From Thermodesulfobacteriota bacterium (GTDB lineage Bacteria; Desulfobacterota; Syntrophorhabdia; Syntrophorhabdales; JANXAF01): 64,000 nucleotides of DNA. Each line of letters begins with the position of its first letter. The stretch's first letter is position 1. Of this stretch, positions 8,427 to 17,878 are shown piece by piece. The translations under genes were made by a program, and so were the position numbers. The notes under the pieces are model-generated. The model saw only the letters and a program-made list of their open reading frames with translations. It had not been told where the DNA came from and did not search any database. The DNA lies in contig JANXAF010000009.1 in NCBI GenBank assembly GCA_025062045.1, forward strand, positions 426 through 64,425, written 5' to 3'.

Positions 8427-9692
8427 ATGACTGAGGCTAAACCATTGAATATCAAAAGAAGTTTGGAACTTTACGAGGAAGCTAACGAGCTTATCCCGGG
8501 CGGTGTTCTTGGAGCTCGGAAACCAACCGATTTCATAATGGGTGAGTATCCAATATTTTTGGAGTATGGCAAAGGTTGCAGGCTCATAGACGTGGACGGT
8601 AATGAGTACATAGACTATATGTGTGGTTACGGTCCAATAATTCTCGGTTATCGTGAAGAAGAGGTAGATGAGGCCGTAATCAAACAGATAAGGGAGAAAG
8701 GTTTCTGCTTCACACTTACCCAACCGTACCAAAACGCCCTCGCAAAAAAAATAAGGGAACATGTTCCGTCCGCCGAGATGTGCATATTTTTAAAAACTGG
8801 ATCTGATGCAACAACAGCAAGCATCCGCATAGCAAGGGCATACACCAATAGGGTCAAGGTCATGAGATGCGGTTATCATGGATGGCACGACTGGTGCGTC
8901 GAAATGAAAGGAGGAATACCGAAAAAACTCTATGAGGACGTATTCGAATTCCAGTACAACGATCTTTCTTCGCTCGAAAGACTAATGGAGGAACACGGAA
9001 AGGACACGGCTGCCATCATTATGACTCCATTTGGTCATCCTCTACACCAGAAGATGCAAGAACCAAAACCCGGATTTTTGGAAGGTGTGCGTGAACTGGC
9101 TGATAGATATGGCGCCGTCCTTATCTTCGACGAAATTAGAACGTGTTTTAGACTGAGAATGGGTGGTGCCCAGGAATTGTACGGTGTAAGACCGGATCTT
9201 ACCGTTTTAGGCAAGGGTATTGCGAATGGGTATGCGATAAGCGTTGTTTGTGGAAAAAAAGAGATAATGATGGTGGTGAAAGACAAGCTCTTCATATCAT
9301 CCACTTTTTTCCCCAATAGCGATGGATACATAGCTGCTTTAAAAACGATTGAAATTTTAGAAAGAGAAAATGTTATTTCGAAGCTTTGGGAAAGAGGTGG
9401 GAGGTTCCTGGAAAACATTCGCCGTGTGATTTCGAAGTATGACGTTAATGCGGAACTGAGCGGAGTTGCCCCAATGTTTTTCATCACTTTTGAGGACAAA
9501 GAGCCGGAATTGCGCAGAAGCAAAAGAAACGAGTTCTACACCCAACTGATAAGAAGGGGATTTTTCTTCGCTCCACACCATCATGCTTACATTTGCTTTA
9601 GACACACAGAAGAAGATCTCGATAAGACTGTGGAAGCTATAGATGAGGCACTCAAATGTGTCGCTGAAAAACACAAGAGGAAGCCGGCATAA
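8427..9692 (+). CDS. Class III (glutamate-1-semialdehyde aminomutase-like) PLP-dependent aminotransferase
   Basis: GYGPIILGY, TGSDATTASIRIARAYT, FDEIRTCFR and LGKGIANGY (candidate PLP lysine) fit the class III aminotransferase pattern. 421 aa. Confidence 0.8.
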   Translation: MTEAKPLNIKRSLELYEEANELIPGGVLGARKPTDFIMGEYPIFLEYGKGCRLIDVDGNEYIDYMCGYGPIILGYREEEVDEAVIKQIREKGFCFTLTQPYQNALAKKIREHVPSAEMCIFLKTGSDATTASIRIARAYTNRVKVMRCGYHGWHDWCVEMKGGIPKKLYEDVFEFQYNDLSSLERLMEEHGKDTAAIIMTPFGHPLHQKMQEPKPGFLEGVRELADRYGAVLIFDEIRTCFRLRMGGAQELYGVRPDLTVLGKGIANGYAISVVCGKKEIMMVVKDKLFISSTFFPNSDGYIAALKTIEILERENVISKLWERGGRFLENIRRVISKYDVNAELSGVAPMFFITFEDKEPELRRSKRNEFYTQLIRRGFFFAPHHHAYICFRHTEEDLDKTVEAIDEALKCVAEKHKRKPA

Positions 9693-9699
9693 GCCGGCT
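9682..9699 (+). terminator. Weak terminator-like hairpin overlapping the aminotransferase stop codon
   Basis: AGCCGGC-ataa-GCCGGCT forms a 7-bp GC-rich stem with the TAA stop in the loop. It is followed by cgattcatttg, which is only a short T run. Confidence 0.3.
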
Positions 9700-9724
9700 C
9701 GATTCATTTGTCAGACATAATTAC

Positions 9725-9742
9725 ACATAATGGATATTATGT
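9725..9742. terminator. AT-rich hairpin between convergent operons
   Basis: ACATAAT-ggat-ATTATGT gives a 7-bp stem, and a direct copy of ACATAAT lies at 9715-9721. It sits between the + operon end (9692) and the - operon end (9770). Confidence 0.2.
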
Positions 9743-9769
9743 AAACTTTTAGCCAAGCTTTCACCATAA

Positions 9770-11113
9770 CTAGTCTTTGTACACTTCTACGTACTTTTCA
9801 CCCATCCTTCTTACAGGTATGTTTTTTACCGTTCGCGATACCTTCTCTTCTTTTCGGTAAATTTCAAATCTGATCTCTTCTTTTCCTTTGTCAGTCGAAA
9901 GAATCACATCTACGTAAATTGGCATAAGTTTATCGCTGGGGTTCACATCTATAACGATATCCTTTGAGATTCTCCTTTTGGATACGTAGAGGAGTTCGTT
10001 TCCAATGTAAAATGCGGGCTGAAAAGATATCGATATGGTATGTAGTCCCTCGTCTAGATACAAAGAAAGACTCTCTTCTTCCTTTATCTTTAAAGGTTTC
10101 CCATTCAAAGACACCATTACGTTTTCGGGGCTTATCCTGTTGAATCTTAAATTACGCTCAAAAACCATGTACCTAAACCCAATATCGACTTGAGCTTCCC
10201 TTTGTGAGATCCTTTTTTGTTCACGGGAAGACGGAAAGAAGTGCTCCACCTTGTAGCTCAAAATGACTTGTTCTAGTCTAGCCCCTTTGGGAGGAACGTA
10301 ACGTTCAATAACTTGAGTTACGGTCTCTGAATAAAAAGCCAAAGGAATCCTTGTTACAAATTTTTTCGGACCAAAATTTCTGTCTATAGAGTAAATCGAA
10401 AGCTTAATGTTTTGTGACTCAAGAGAGTACGTACCCATAATAGTAACATCCAAACCGATCTTCTCCATTAGATCTTTTAGGCCCTCTATTTCATCCCGGT
10501 AGAACGAATCGCTTTCGACCTGGAAGTAATAGTCGGGATGGAATATCATGTTTCTAAGCCTTTGAATCCTTAGTGCATCGGAAACCAACACGAACTGTCG
10601 TCTCTTTGAGAGGGCCTCACTAAATGCACCTATGACTCTGCTGGAGAATTGAGTCACTCTGTTTTCTCTGTCAAAAATTCCAGAAATGAAGATAGAAACC
10701 TTTCTCAAAGGTGGATATGGTTCAAGAATTGAGTTTAAAACACATGTTACTATTGGTCTTAATTTCTCATCAGAAAACGGAAAAGATGTTGCGCGTACCT
10801 CGTCTCCGGCCGTTATTTCCATGTTTGTTTTGAGGATTTCACACAAGCTAAATTCCTGGAAAGCCTCTAAAATGACACAATCACCGACAAAATTCTTAAC
10901 CATACCGTCCTTTTTTGTAACCTTCAATATGTCTCCTTTTACGAGCCCCTGTCTTTGACCAAGATTAACGACTACGGTTTCACCTGTTGCGGAAAATAAT
11001 TTTTTGTTATGTGTTCCAATTACCTTTCCGTAAAGGAACGTATCGCAGAATCCGGTGGATGTCGCACACAAAAGGAATGAAAAAATGAGCAAAATGAGAA
11101 CAAAACCTTTCAT
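9770..11113 (-). CDS. Hypothetical secreted/lipoprotein-like protein, last gene of the pil operon
   Basis: Signal-like N-terminus MKGFVLILLIFSFLLCATSTGFC. Its ATG directly abuts the pilQ stop (TAAATG at 11116-11111). I recognise no family. Confidence 0.6.
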   Translation of the reverse strand: MKGFVLILLIFSFLLCATSTGFCDTFLYGKVIGTHNKKLFSATGETVVVNLGQRQGLVKGDILKVTKKDGMVKNFVGDCVILEAFQEFSLCEILKTNMEITAGDEVRATSFPFSDEKLRPIVTCVLNSILEPYPPLRKVSIFISGIFDRENRVTQFSSRVIGAFSEALSKRRQFVLVSDALRIQRLRNMIFHPDYYFQVESDSFYRDEIEGLKDLMEKIGLDVTIMGTYSLESQNIKLSIYSIDRNFGPKKFVTRIPLAFYSETVTQVIERYVPPKGARLEQVILSYKVEHFFPSSREQKRISQREAQVDIGFRYMVFERNLRFNRISPENVMVSLNGKPLKIKEEESLSLYLDEGLHTISISFQPAFYIGNELLYVSKRRISKDIVIDVNPSDKLMPIYVDVILSTDKGKEEIRFEIYRKEEKVSRTVKNIPVRRMGEKYVEVYKD

Positions 11114-12460
11114 TTATCCCCCTTCCATATAGGCGTTTTTAATTATCCTTGGGGTTATAAAAATGAGAAGCTCCGATTTTTTGTCCAGTTTCGTTTCTTT
11201 TTTGAAGAACCACTTAAGCAAAGGGACGTACCTTAAGAAAGGTAGACCGGAAACCGAATCAGAATCCTCAACCTCATAAATCCCACCGATAACCGCTGTC
11301 TCACCATCCCTTACGATAACTTCGGTGGAGGTTTCTTTTTTATCAATAGGGATACCACCAGGCACCGGAAGGAGCGGACGGTCCTTTGTAGCCCTAATCT
11401 TTAATTTTACGTTGTTATCCCTTGTCACCTGAGGGGTAACCTCAAGGGACAACACGGCTTCCTTAAACTCCGTATGTGGCGTTCCCTCCTTCGTGATGAT
11501 CTGGTAAGGAATCTCCTGACCCTGTTTTATTATGGCAGGTCTGTTCTCCGTTGTTATTATTTTGGGGTTAGATATGACTCTGCCCTTTCCCTCCCTTTCT
11601 AAGGCACTTAATTGGAGATCTAGTTTCAACGAGTCCGCTACAGAGCCTATATAGATACCGAGTCTCCCACCTACACCAGGGCCTACTGCCGCGGACAAGT
11701 CAACGTTACCAGTGAGCTCTACCATTTTGTTGTCTAGTTCTTTTGCTCTCCACTTGTATGTAGCACCCCATTGGACCCCGAGTTCCTTAGAAAAATCGGA
11801 CGAAGCTTGCACGATCCTAGCTTCAATCTGAACCTGTGCTGGAGGAAAATCATGTTCCTTTATCATCTTCTTTATAAGGGCCACGTTTTCCTTCGTATCC
11901 TTTATGATGATAGCATTGCTCCAGGGTACAGGAGTACAGGCACCGTACTCGGAAAGGAGCCCTCTAAGTTGAGCTTGAGGGGCCCCAGGGGTGGTTCCGA
12001 CAAGCTCCCCCCTCAATACTTTGGCAACTTCCGTGGCAGAAGTGTAGTTGAGAAAAATGGTTTCGGTTACGAACTCTTCACCCTGTTTGATTCTCTCGAG
12101 TCTTTCCTTCTGGATGAATTCTCTTTCTTTTCTCTCTCTGTCCTTCTCCTCCTCATACTTTTTACGTGTAATTATCCGTATGATATTCTCCTCCTCAACT
12201 TTTACATTGTCTGTGATCTTTACAATCACATCGAGGGCTTCATCCCAAGTTACATTATCCAGTTTTAGAGTCACCTTTCCCTTCACATCTTCTGCAATGA
12301 CTATATTTTTCTTCGCTATCTCTGCAAGTCCGCGTAAGACGTTCCGAAGGTCTGCGTCTATGAAATCCATTGATACCAAAGCAGGTTTATGCGGATCCTG
12401 GGCCAAAACAAAAACGGGTAAAAGCAAGAGCATAAGAATCTGAAGCAAGTACTTAATCAT
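11114..12460 (-). CDS. pilQ: Type IV pilus secretin PilQ (short form)
   Basis: Signal peptide, N0-type LDNVTWDEALDVI, and a secretin C-domain (GRVISNPKIITTENRPAII..., GGIYEVEDSDSVSGLPFLRYVPLLKWFF, LLIFITPRII). Confidence 0.9.
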   Translation of the reverse strand: MIKYLLQILMLLLLPVFVLAQDPHKPALVSMDFIDADLRNVLRGLAEIAKKNIVIAEDVKGKVTLKLDNVTWDEALDVIVKITDNVKVEEENIIRIITRKKYEEEKDRERKEREFIQKERLERIKQGEEFVTETIFLNYTSATEVAKVLRGELVGTTPGAPQAQLRGLLSEYGACTPVPWSNAIIIKDTKENVALIKKMIKEHDFPPAQVQIEARIVQASSDFSKELGVQWGATYKWRAKELDNKMVELTGNVDLSAAVGPGVGGRLGIYIGSVADSLKLDLQLSALEREGKGRVISNPKIITTENRPAIIKQGQEIPYQIITKEGTPHTEFKEAVLSLEVTPQVTRDNNVKLKIRATKDRPLLPVPGGIPIDKKETSTEVIVRDGETAVIGGIYEVEDSDSVSGLPFLRYVPLLKWFFKKETKLDKKSELLIFITPRIIKNAYMEGG

Positions 12461-12485
12461 TTCTCCCTTCCCCTTTTGGTTTTAC

Positions 12486-13367
12486 TCATCTTTTTGTTGG
12501 AATATCGACAACGACTGTGCGAACTTCGTCTCTTAATCTATACCCGTAAACAATTCGGTCATCAGCTATATCCACAATCCAGAGATTTTTGTTTATATAA
12601 TCACCCTTTTTAAACAGAACTCCGTAACCTTGCCTGTCCTCCATTAAGGCGTATTTTTCCCTTTCTGTTTTGAGAACTCCAACGACTTTAAGTTCTTCGA
12701 GATCATAGCCCGATTTATCTTCCGTTTCCTTGATCATTCTCTTTCTCTGGCTGAGAATTAACGCGAAAAACGGATCCCTTTTGTCTTTTGAAGTGTAAGT
12801 GAAGTTATCGATCTGAAAATCTTTACCGTCATGGAGAGTTTGGACATGTTTTTTCTCATCAGACCTTGATTCCGTACCCCTTCCTTTTTCGGCGACGAAT
12901 TTAGCTTCTTCCCTTTTTGTTTCACCAGGCGGGAGTATAACCGAGAAACTCTCTATCTTCCATCTTTTGTCGCTGTAGGTCAAAGCTGTCTCTAGATTAG
13001 TCCTTGCCTTTTCGTAAAGAGCATAAACTGTGTAATTTGCCTTTGCCACGGCACCTTTTGAACTCAAAGTAAGCTTTATGTTGCCTTTTAAATCGATAAT
13101 ACTTTTTAAGCTTCCAAGCCTTTCGGAATATAGCGCAAATGATCTCTTTAACTCGTGTATGCTCGTTTTTGTTGTAAAGTCTGGGCTAGCCCTCAAAAGG
13201 AGTTCTTTCTCACTCCAGTTCTTCGTGATACTTGCCACAGAATCTCTGACAAATTCATTGCATGAACTTTTCAAATCGTTTAGAAATCCTCGGTAAAAGT
13301 AAGCTGAGATCACAAAGAGGAAAATGAGTACGGGAAATATTAAGTATACCTTCTTCTTTAGCTTCAA
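12486..13367 (-). CDS. PilP-like pilus assembly protein with an extra ~170-aa N-terminal domain
   Basis: The C-terminal ~110 aa (KRDPFFALI...LEELKVVGVLKTEREKYALMEDRQGYGVLFKKGDYI...IVDIADDRIVY) match the PilP pattern, and the gene sits between pilO and pilQ. The N-terminal part has a TM/signal anchor plus an unassigned domain. Confidence 0.6.
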   Translation of the reverse strand: MKLKKKVYLIFPVLIFLFVISAYFYRGFLNDLKSSCNEFVRDSVASITKNWSEKELLLRASPDFTTKTSIHELKRSFALYSERLGSLKSIIDLKGNIKLTLSSKGAVAKANYTVYALYEKARTNLETALTYSDKRWKIESFSVILPPGETKREEAKFVAEKGRGTESRSDEKKHVQTLHDGKDFQIDNFTYTSKDKRDPFFALILSQRKRMIKETEDKSGYDLEELKVVGVLKTEREKYALMEDRQGYGVLFKKGDYINKNLWIVDIADDRIVYGYRLRDEVRTVVVDIPTKR

Positions 13368-13377
13368 ATTCTATACC

Positions 13378-13995
13378 TCATCTTCTCTGAGAAGTTTCTG
13401 ACTTCTTTTGTTCTTTCGGTTTTTCTCCCGTGTAAACATAGGTTTTCGCCGTGCATAATCCCTCCAGCATAAGAGCCTGGGATGCGGGAGTTTTGGCTTC
13501 CAAAGAGAAATTGACCACATGGATTATCCTTTTTTCCCTTCTTATCCCGTCAAAGAAGTAACCAATGTTGTGGTAAGGCCCAGAAAATCGAATTTCAAAC
13601 GGGAATTCAGCATAAAAATCCTTCTGTTCCATGGCCTTGGGTTCTAATTTAGTGAGCTTAACCTTCGATTCCGCACCGATGTTAGAAACAGTTCTTAAGA
13701 GATTCGGGATGTCTTTGCTTTCCGGAAGTTCCCTTATCACGTCTTCAAACGCTTTTCTAAGTTCCGTATGTTCTCTTTTAATTTCATCGAATCTATTTGC
13801 GATGCCTATGAGCTGGCTAAGTTTTCTCTCCAATTCCTGCAGTTCCGATTTCAGTCTCACTTCCTTCTCTATCTTCGGTTTCACGACTAAACTGAAAATG
13901 CCAAAGACAATGATCAAGTTTACGAAGAAGATCACAAGGATCCTAATTAGTCTAGGAACTTTTTCTAACTTTTTCAAAAAAGCCTTCCTCTCCAT
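13378..13995 (-). CDS. pilO: Type IV pilus assembly protein PilO
   Basis: Single TM, then a coiled coil, then LPESKDIPNLLRTVSNIG...FSGPYHNIGYFFDGIRREKRIIHV, typical of PilO. Position follows pilN. Confidence 0.85.
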   Translation of the reverse strand: MERKAFLKKLEKVPRLIRILVIFFVNLIIVFGIFSLVVKPKIEKEVRLKSELQELERKLSQLIGIANRFDEIKREHTELRKAFEDVIRELPESKDIPNLLRTVSNIGAESKVKLTKLEPKAMEQKDFYAEFPFEIRFSGPYHNIGYFFDGIRREKRIIHVVNFSLEAKTPASQALMLEGLCTAKTYVYTGEKPKEQKKSETSQRR

Positions 13996-14000
13996 AAAGC

Positions 14001-14534
14001 TTAAAGGGTGATCTCTCCTTGAAGAATGAATTTTTTTACCGGAAGGCCCTCCTCAACGGTCTCTTCGACGCTTAAAAGTTCCACGTTCCTTACGTATGGG
14101 AGTTTTGAAAACTGTTCCATAAAGTCTGCAACAGACTCACTTTCGATGGAACGTCCTTCAATGACAATTTGGGCATCGACTTTCTTTATGCTCCGTAACC
14201 AGATTGTTTCTTTAACAATTCCAGAAATATCGTACATGATTCGTGCGGGAAGTGCCCTACCCTTCTTTATCGTCTGTACAATGGTGAGCCTTTTTTGAAT
14301 CTCTTTTTTCTCCCTTTCCATTGTTATGTATTCTTTATAGACACTATCCAAACTCTCAATCCTCTTTTTTGTTTCTTCGATTCTGGAACTTAGTTCCGAT
14401 ATTCTTTTATTTGTGGAGTACAAAAGGATTCCAACAATGACGAGTCCTAAAAAGAGCAAAAAAGAGAATATCTGAAGGTCTATTATTGTAGTCGGTCTTT
14501 TTTCAGGAACTGGCAGAAGGTTGATCCGTATCAT
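14001..14534 (-). CDS. pilN: Type IV pilus assembly protein PilN
   Basis: MIRINLLP N-terminus, one TM, a coiled coil, and a 4-nt overlap with pilM. Confidence 0.88.
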   Translation of the reverse strand: MIRINLLPVPEKRPTTIIDLQIFSFLLFLGLVIVGILLYSTNKRISELSSRIEETKKRIESLDSVYKEYITMEREKKEIQKRLTIVQTIKKGRALPARIMYDISGIVKETIWLRSIKKVDAQIVIEGRSIESESVADFMEQFSKLPYVRNVELLSVEETVEEGLPVKKFILQGEITL

Positions 14535-15586
14535 TGTAAATCCCTTACGCGGGACGAGAGTTGTAGTGCAACCGGCATAAAAACAGCATACTCTTCCAAA
14601 GTGTGATCAAGTTTGTAATCCTTACCGAGAAGAAGGAAAGGATTAATGATTTCCACACTGAGCTCTGTTTCTTCACCTAACCTCTCCTTCAACCCCGGAA
14701 GGAGAGAGCTACCACCGGTGAGATAGACCTTTTCTATAATTTCTGAAGCCTTTACCGATTTATAGAACCTTATCGTCTTTGTAACCTCGCCCGTGATGTT
14801 GAATATGTAATCCTCGAAGAGGTAAGCAGTCTCTGGGTCTGAACCGATCTTCTTTTTTTCAGCCTCGCTTTGGGAAATCTTGAAGGTTTTTGCTATCTGA
14901 CCGGTAAGATACTTCCCTCCCATAGCTATCTCACGAGTAAACTCTATTTTAGAGCCTTTAAGTATTGCGATATTCGTGAAAGAGGCACCTATGTCCACAA
15001 CAACAACTGTTCCCTTCGGTTCGTAAATCTCCGCGACTACATTGGCAACACTTATGATGTCAACGTCTAAAATTCTGAGGTTGAGTCCTGCCCTTTCAAA
15101 AGTGTTCATATATCCTTCCACGATTTCCTTTCTCGCGGCAACGATTATCACCTCCATAAAACCTTCCCTTTCCGCTTCGGGTCCGAGTACATCGTAGCTG
15201 TAAAAGATGTCCTTTACGGGTAGAGGGATCTGTGTCTGTACTTCCGCATCTATTACGGCTGGAAGATCCTCTTCCCCGACAGCCGGGATAGATATCTTTT
15301 TTATCATGGTTGCGTAGCTACTTAGCGCACAACTCGCATCCCGTCCTTTTACGTCCTCTAGTCTCATTAGTCTTTTTATCTCCTCCGCAAGGTATGCCTC
15401 ATCTACTATCACTCCCTCGTTAAGTAACTCTCTGTCGTAATCTTTTTTTGCCATTCGCTTTAGGTTGAATCCCTTTCTTCTTCTCTCCAAAACACAAATC
15501 TTAATGCTTGAACTTCCAATATCCACCCCTATGAGCTCCCTTACTGTCCTTAGGCCGATCCGCTCCAAAAAAGAACTCTTCTTCAC
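14531..15586 (-). CDS. pilM: Type IV pilus assembly ATPase-like protein PilM
   Basis: Actin-like fold pattern: GVDIGSSSIKICVLE, VVDIGASFTNIAIL, YLTGGSSLLPGL. 351 aa. Confidence 0.9.
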   Translation of the reverse strand: MKKSSFLERIGLRTVRELIGVDIGSSSIKICVLERRRKGFNLKRMAKKDYDRELLNEGVIVDEAYLAEEIKRLMRLEDVKGRDASCALSSYATMIKKISIPAVGEEDLPAVIDAEVQTQIPLPVKDIFYSYDVLGPEAEREGFMEVIIVAARKEIVEGYMNTFERAGLNLRILDVDIISVANVVAEIYEPKGTVVVVDIGASFTNIAILKGSKIEFTREIAMGGKYLTGQIAKTFKISQSEAEKKKIGSDPETAYLFEDYIFNITGEVTKTIRFYKSVKASEIIEKVYLTGGSSLLPGLKERLGEETELSVEIINPFLLLGKDYKLDHTLEEYAVFMPVALQLSSRVRDLQ

Positions 15587-15596
15587 GCGTTGCCCT

Positions 15597-16658
15597 TTAA
15601 TTCCAATACTTCCTCAACCCTTCTGCAACTTCCTCAGGAGTAAAAACGGCAGTAGTTTCTAAGTGAATTGTGTGAAAGTAATTCGTATCGGAAGCTCCAA
15701 CGGGCGGTAGAAACCTTCTTCCCAAGATTCTCAGGTTTACCCTAAAAGACTTTTCATTTCCTGGAACGGAAGAAAATAGTGAAAAATTATAACCGAATAT
15801 GTTTTCGCTCACAAAGTATTTAATAACCCTTTTGAGACCTGTCTCTAAATCACAAAGATCAGTTTCATCGAGATCAAGGATGGATGATTTACTAAAGATA
15901 CAGCCAATATCCATGTTGCCCTTTGGTGCGTAAGGTGTATACCAGAAGGTCTTTCCTATCGTTCCCACGAACCTTTCCATTTTTTCACTCTCACACTCTT
16001 TTAAAAGCTCCCAAAATACTTTTCCGTGGGTCCTAAAAAAGGATTTACTCTTCTCTACCATTAGCCGATGATAATTCGTACCAGTTGCTCCCGCTATTGC
16101 CTGAACATGAGGATGAAGTACACTACTTCCAGACATGGGCATATAATTACAGTTGATGGACATATATTTTACTTGCCTATCTCGAGTTGTGATCCTTCTT
16201 AAAAGCTCGACAAGGACCCTTATGCCCTTCGTTATGTAACCGTTTTCCACAATTTCTAAGATATCCGGAAAGTGTTTTTCCGAAATTATGGCAACTATAC
16301 AGTACTTATCAAAGGTCAAAAGATTAGGGATAACAGTGACACCGTCTTCCCTTACCCTTTCACATCCAAATAGATCTTTTTCGAACTTAGACGTCATTTT
16401 CTCTATGTTTTCGGGACAAAAAGGGCAACTCTCCGGAGGGGCAAGCCTTGGAAAAATGTCAACTTCCTGTTTTTCAAATTTTTTTTTGGGAAAGTGGATA
16501 ATCCTGGATGTAAGGTTCGTTAAAGGATCCCATCTTGTTTCTATCACACCTTCGAACGGTTGAAAGGAGTAAAGTGGGCTAAGATACGTAAACCTTTGAA
16601 TTTTCTTCCTAAAGCGGATCACTGGTTCATTTTTACCAGACCACCATTTCCAAGTCAA
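15597..16658 (-). CDS. Galactose-1-phosphate uridylyltransferase (GalT/HIT-like) family nucleotidyltransferase
   Basis: CPFCPEN zinc motif and the LHPHVQA (HxHxQ) catalytic motif. The start is an apparent TTG. The gene ends 10 nt before pilM. Confidence 0.7.
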   Translation of the reverse strand: MTWKWWSGKNEPVIRFRKKIQRFTYLSPLYSFQPFEGVIETRWDPLTNLTSRIIHFPKKKFEKQEVDIFPRLAPPESCPFCPENIEKMTSKFEKDLFGCERVREDGVTVIPNLLTFDKYCIVAIISEKHFPDILEIVENGYITKGIRVLVELLRRITTRDRQVKYMSINCNYMPMSGSSVLHPHVQAIAGATGTNYHRLMVEKSKSFFRTHGKVFWELLKECESEKMERFVGTIGKTFWYTPYAPKGNMDIGCIFSKSSILDLDETDLCDLETGLKRVIKYFVSENIFGYNFSLFSSVPGNEKSFRVNLRILGRRFLPPVGASDTNYFHTIHLETTAVFTPEEVAEGLRKYWN

Positions 16659-16716
16659 GAACTCATCTTTGCTTCATAACAGTCCAAAGATATGATAAAA
16701 ATTATCCCGAAAGAGA

Positions 16717-17433
16717 ATGGTTCGTGGAAAGGGTCGATCTGAGATTTATGGTGTTGTGATAAGCTGGTTTAAGGATAAAAAAAGAGGGCTTGTCCTCGAC
16801 TGTCCGGCCGGTACAGGATATCTCGCAATGGAACTCGCCAAGTTAGGTTATTCTGTCATGTGCGGAGAAATAGACCCAAAAGTTTTCGAAATACCGGATA
16901 TTCCTTGTATTTACATTGACATGACGAAAGAAATACCGTTTTCTGACGGTTACTTCGACTATGTCCTTTGTGTCGAGGGTCTTGAACATACGACAGATCC
17001 ATATAAGGCTGTTTCTGAGATGTCCAGGGTTTTAAAAGATGGAGGATATGCCATATTTACCATACCCAACTATTGCAACATGGAGAAGCGGATTAAGTAC
17101 GTATTAACAGGCTACCTTACGAGACCAAAATCGATTAAAGAATACCGCGAGCGGGGAAATTTGTACGATTTTCATAACACTCCCCTCACCATTACAGTGC
17201 TTGACTTCATACTGGCGGTAAATGATCTTCAGATAGTATCAATAATGAAGGAAAAGACAAAGGTTCGGCAACTTTTGTTCTATCCTTTGGTTCTTGTGCT
17301 CTGGATCTTCAGCTTTTTCTTAAGTGAAGAAGTCAAAAATAGACGAAGAACAGATCTAACACTTAAGCCCGAGGTAATAATGGGAGGCAACACCTTAATT
17401 GTTGTTGCGAAAAAAATGAGAAAAGCCTCTTAA
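16717..17433 (+). CDS. Class I SAM-dependent methyltransferase with a C-terminal hydrophobic segment
   Basis: VLDCPAGTGYLAMEL (motif I) and VLKDGGYAIFTIPN, plus the hydrophobic stretch LLFYPLVLVLWIFSFFL near the C-terminus. Confidence 0.75.
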   Translation: MVRGKGRSEIYGVVISWFKDKKRGLVLDCPAGTGYLAMELAKLGYSVMCGEIDPKVFEIPDIPCIYIDMTKEIPFSDGYFDYVLCVEGLEHTTDPYKAVSEMSRVLKDGGYAIFTIPNYCNMEKRIKYVLTGYLTRPKSIKEYRERGNLYDFHNTPLTITVLDFILAVNDLQIVSIMKEKTKVRQLLFYPLVLVLWIFSFFLSEEVKNRRRTDLTLKPEVIMGGNTLIVVAKKMRKAS

Positions 17434-17436
17434 GTT

Positions 17437-17871
17437 ATGGCAAGACAGATAAAGACACCTTACCTAGCCGTCGATCTTATAATTGAGCACGAAGGAGGGA
17501 TAGTTCTTATCAAGAGGAAGAATCCCCCATATGGGTGGGCTCTCCCAGGTGGATTTGTGGAAATAGGTGAAAGCTTGGAAGATGCTGCAATAAGGGAAGC
17601 AAAGGAAGAAACATCCTTAAATGTCGAACTTTTAGAACAATTTTACACTTACTCTGACCCGGCAAGGGATCCTAGATTTCACGTTGTATCGGTGGTTTTT
17701 ATCGCAAAAGGGGTTGGGTCTTTAAAAGGAAGAGATGATGCAGTGTCGGCAGAAGTATTCTCGGAAAATAACCTCCCTCAGAATCTAGCCTTCGACCACA
17801 AAAAGATAATAGATGATTATTTCACATACCTAAGGACCGGTATCCGTCCCTCTCCGAAAAAAGTCAAATAG
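17437..17871 (+). CDS. NUDIX hydrolase
   Basis: Nudix box [24 protein letters not shown]. 144 aa. Confidence 0.88.
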   Translation: MARQIKTPYLAVDLIIEHEGGIVLIKRKNPPYGWALPGGFVEIGESLEDAAIREAKEETSLNVELLEQFYTYSDPARDPRFHVVSVVFIAKGVGSLKGRDDAVSAEVFSENNLPQNLAFDHKKIIDDYFTYLRTGIRPSPKKVK

Positions 17872-17878
17872 ATAGACC

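Noticed and set aside
8427-9692. Considered this aminotransferase as the missing ArnB, or as the housekeeping HemL
   Set aside because: ArnB belongs to the DegT/DnrJ/EryC1 family, whereas this protein has class III (GSA-aminomutase-like) motifs and lies about 45 kb from the arn-like genes. A HemL identity cannot be excluded, but its operon context (epimerase plus saccharopine dehydrogenase-like) argues against assuming it.
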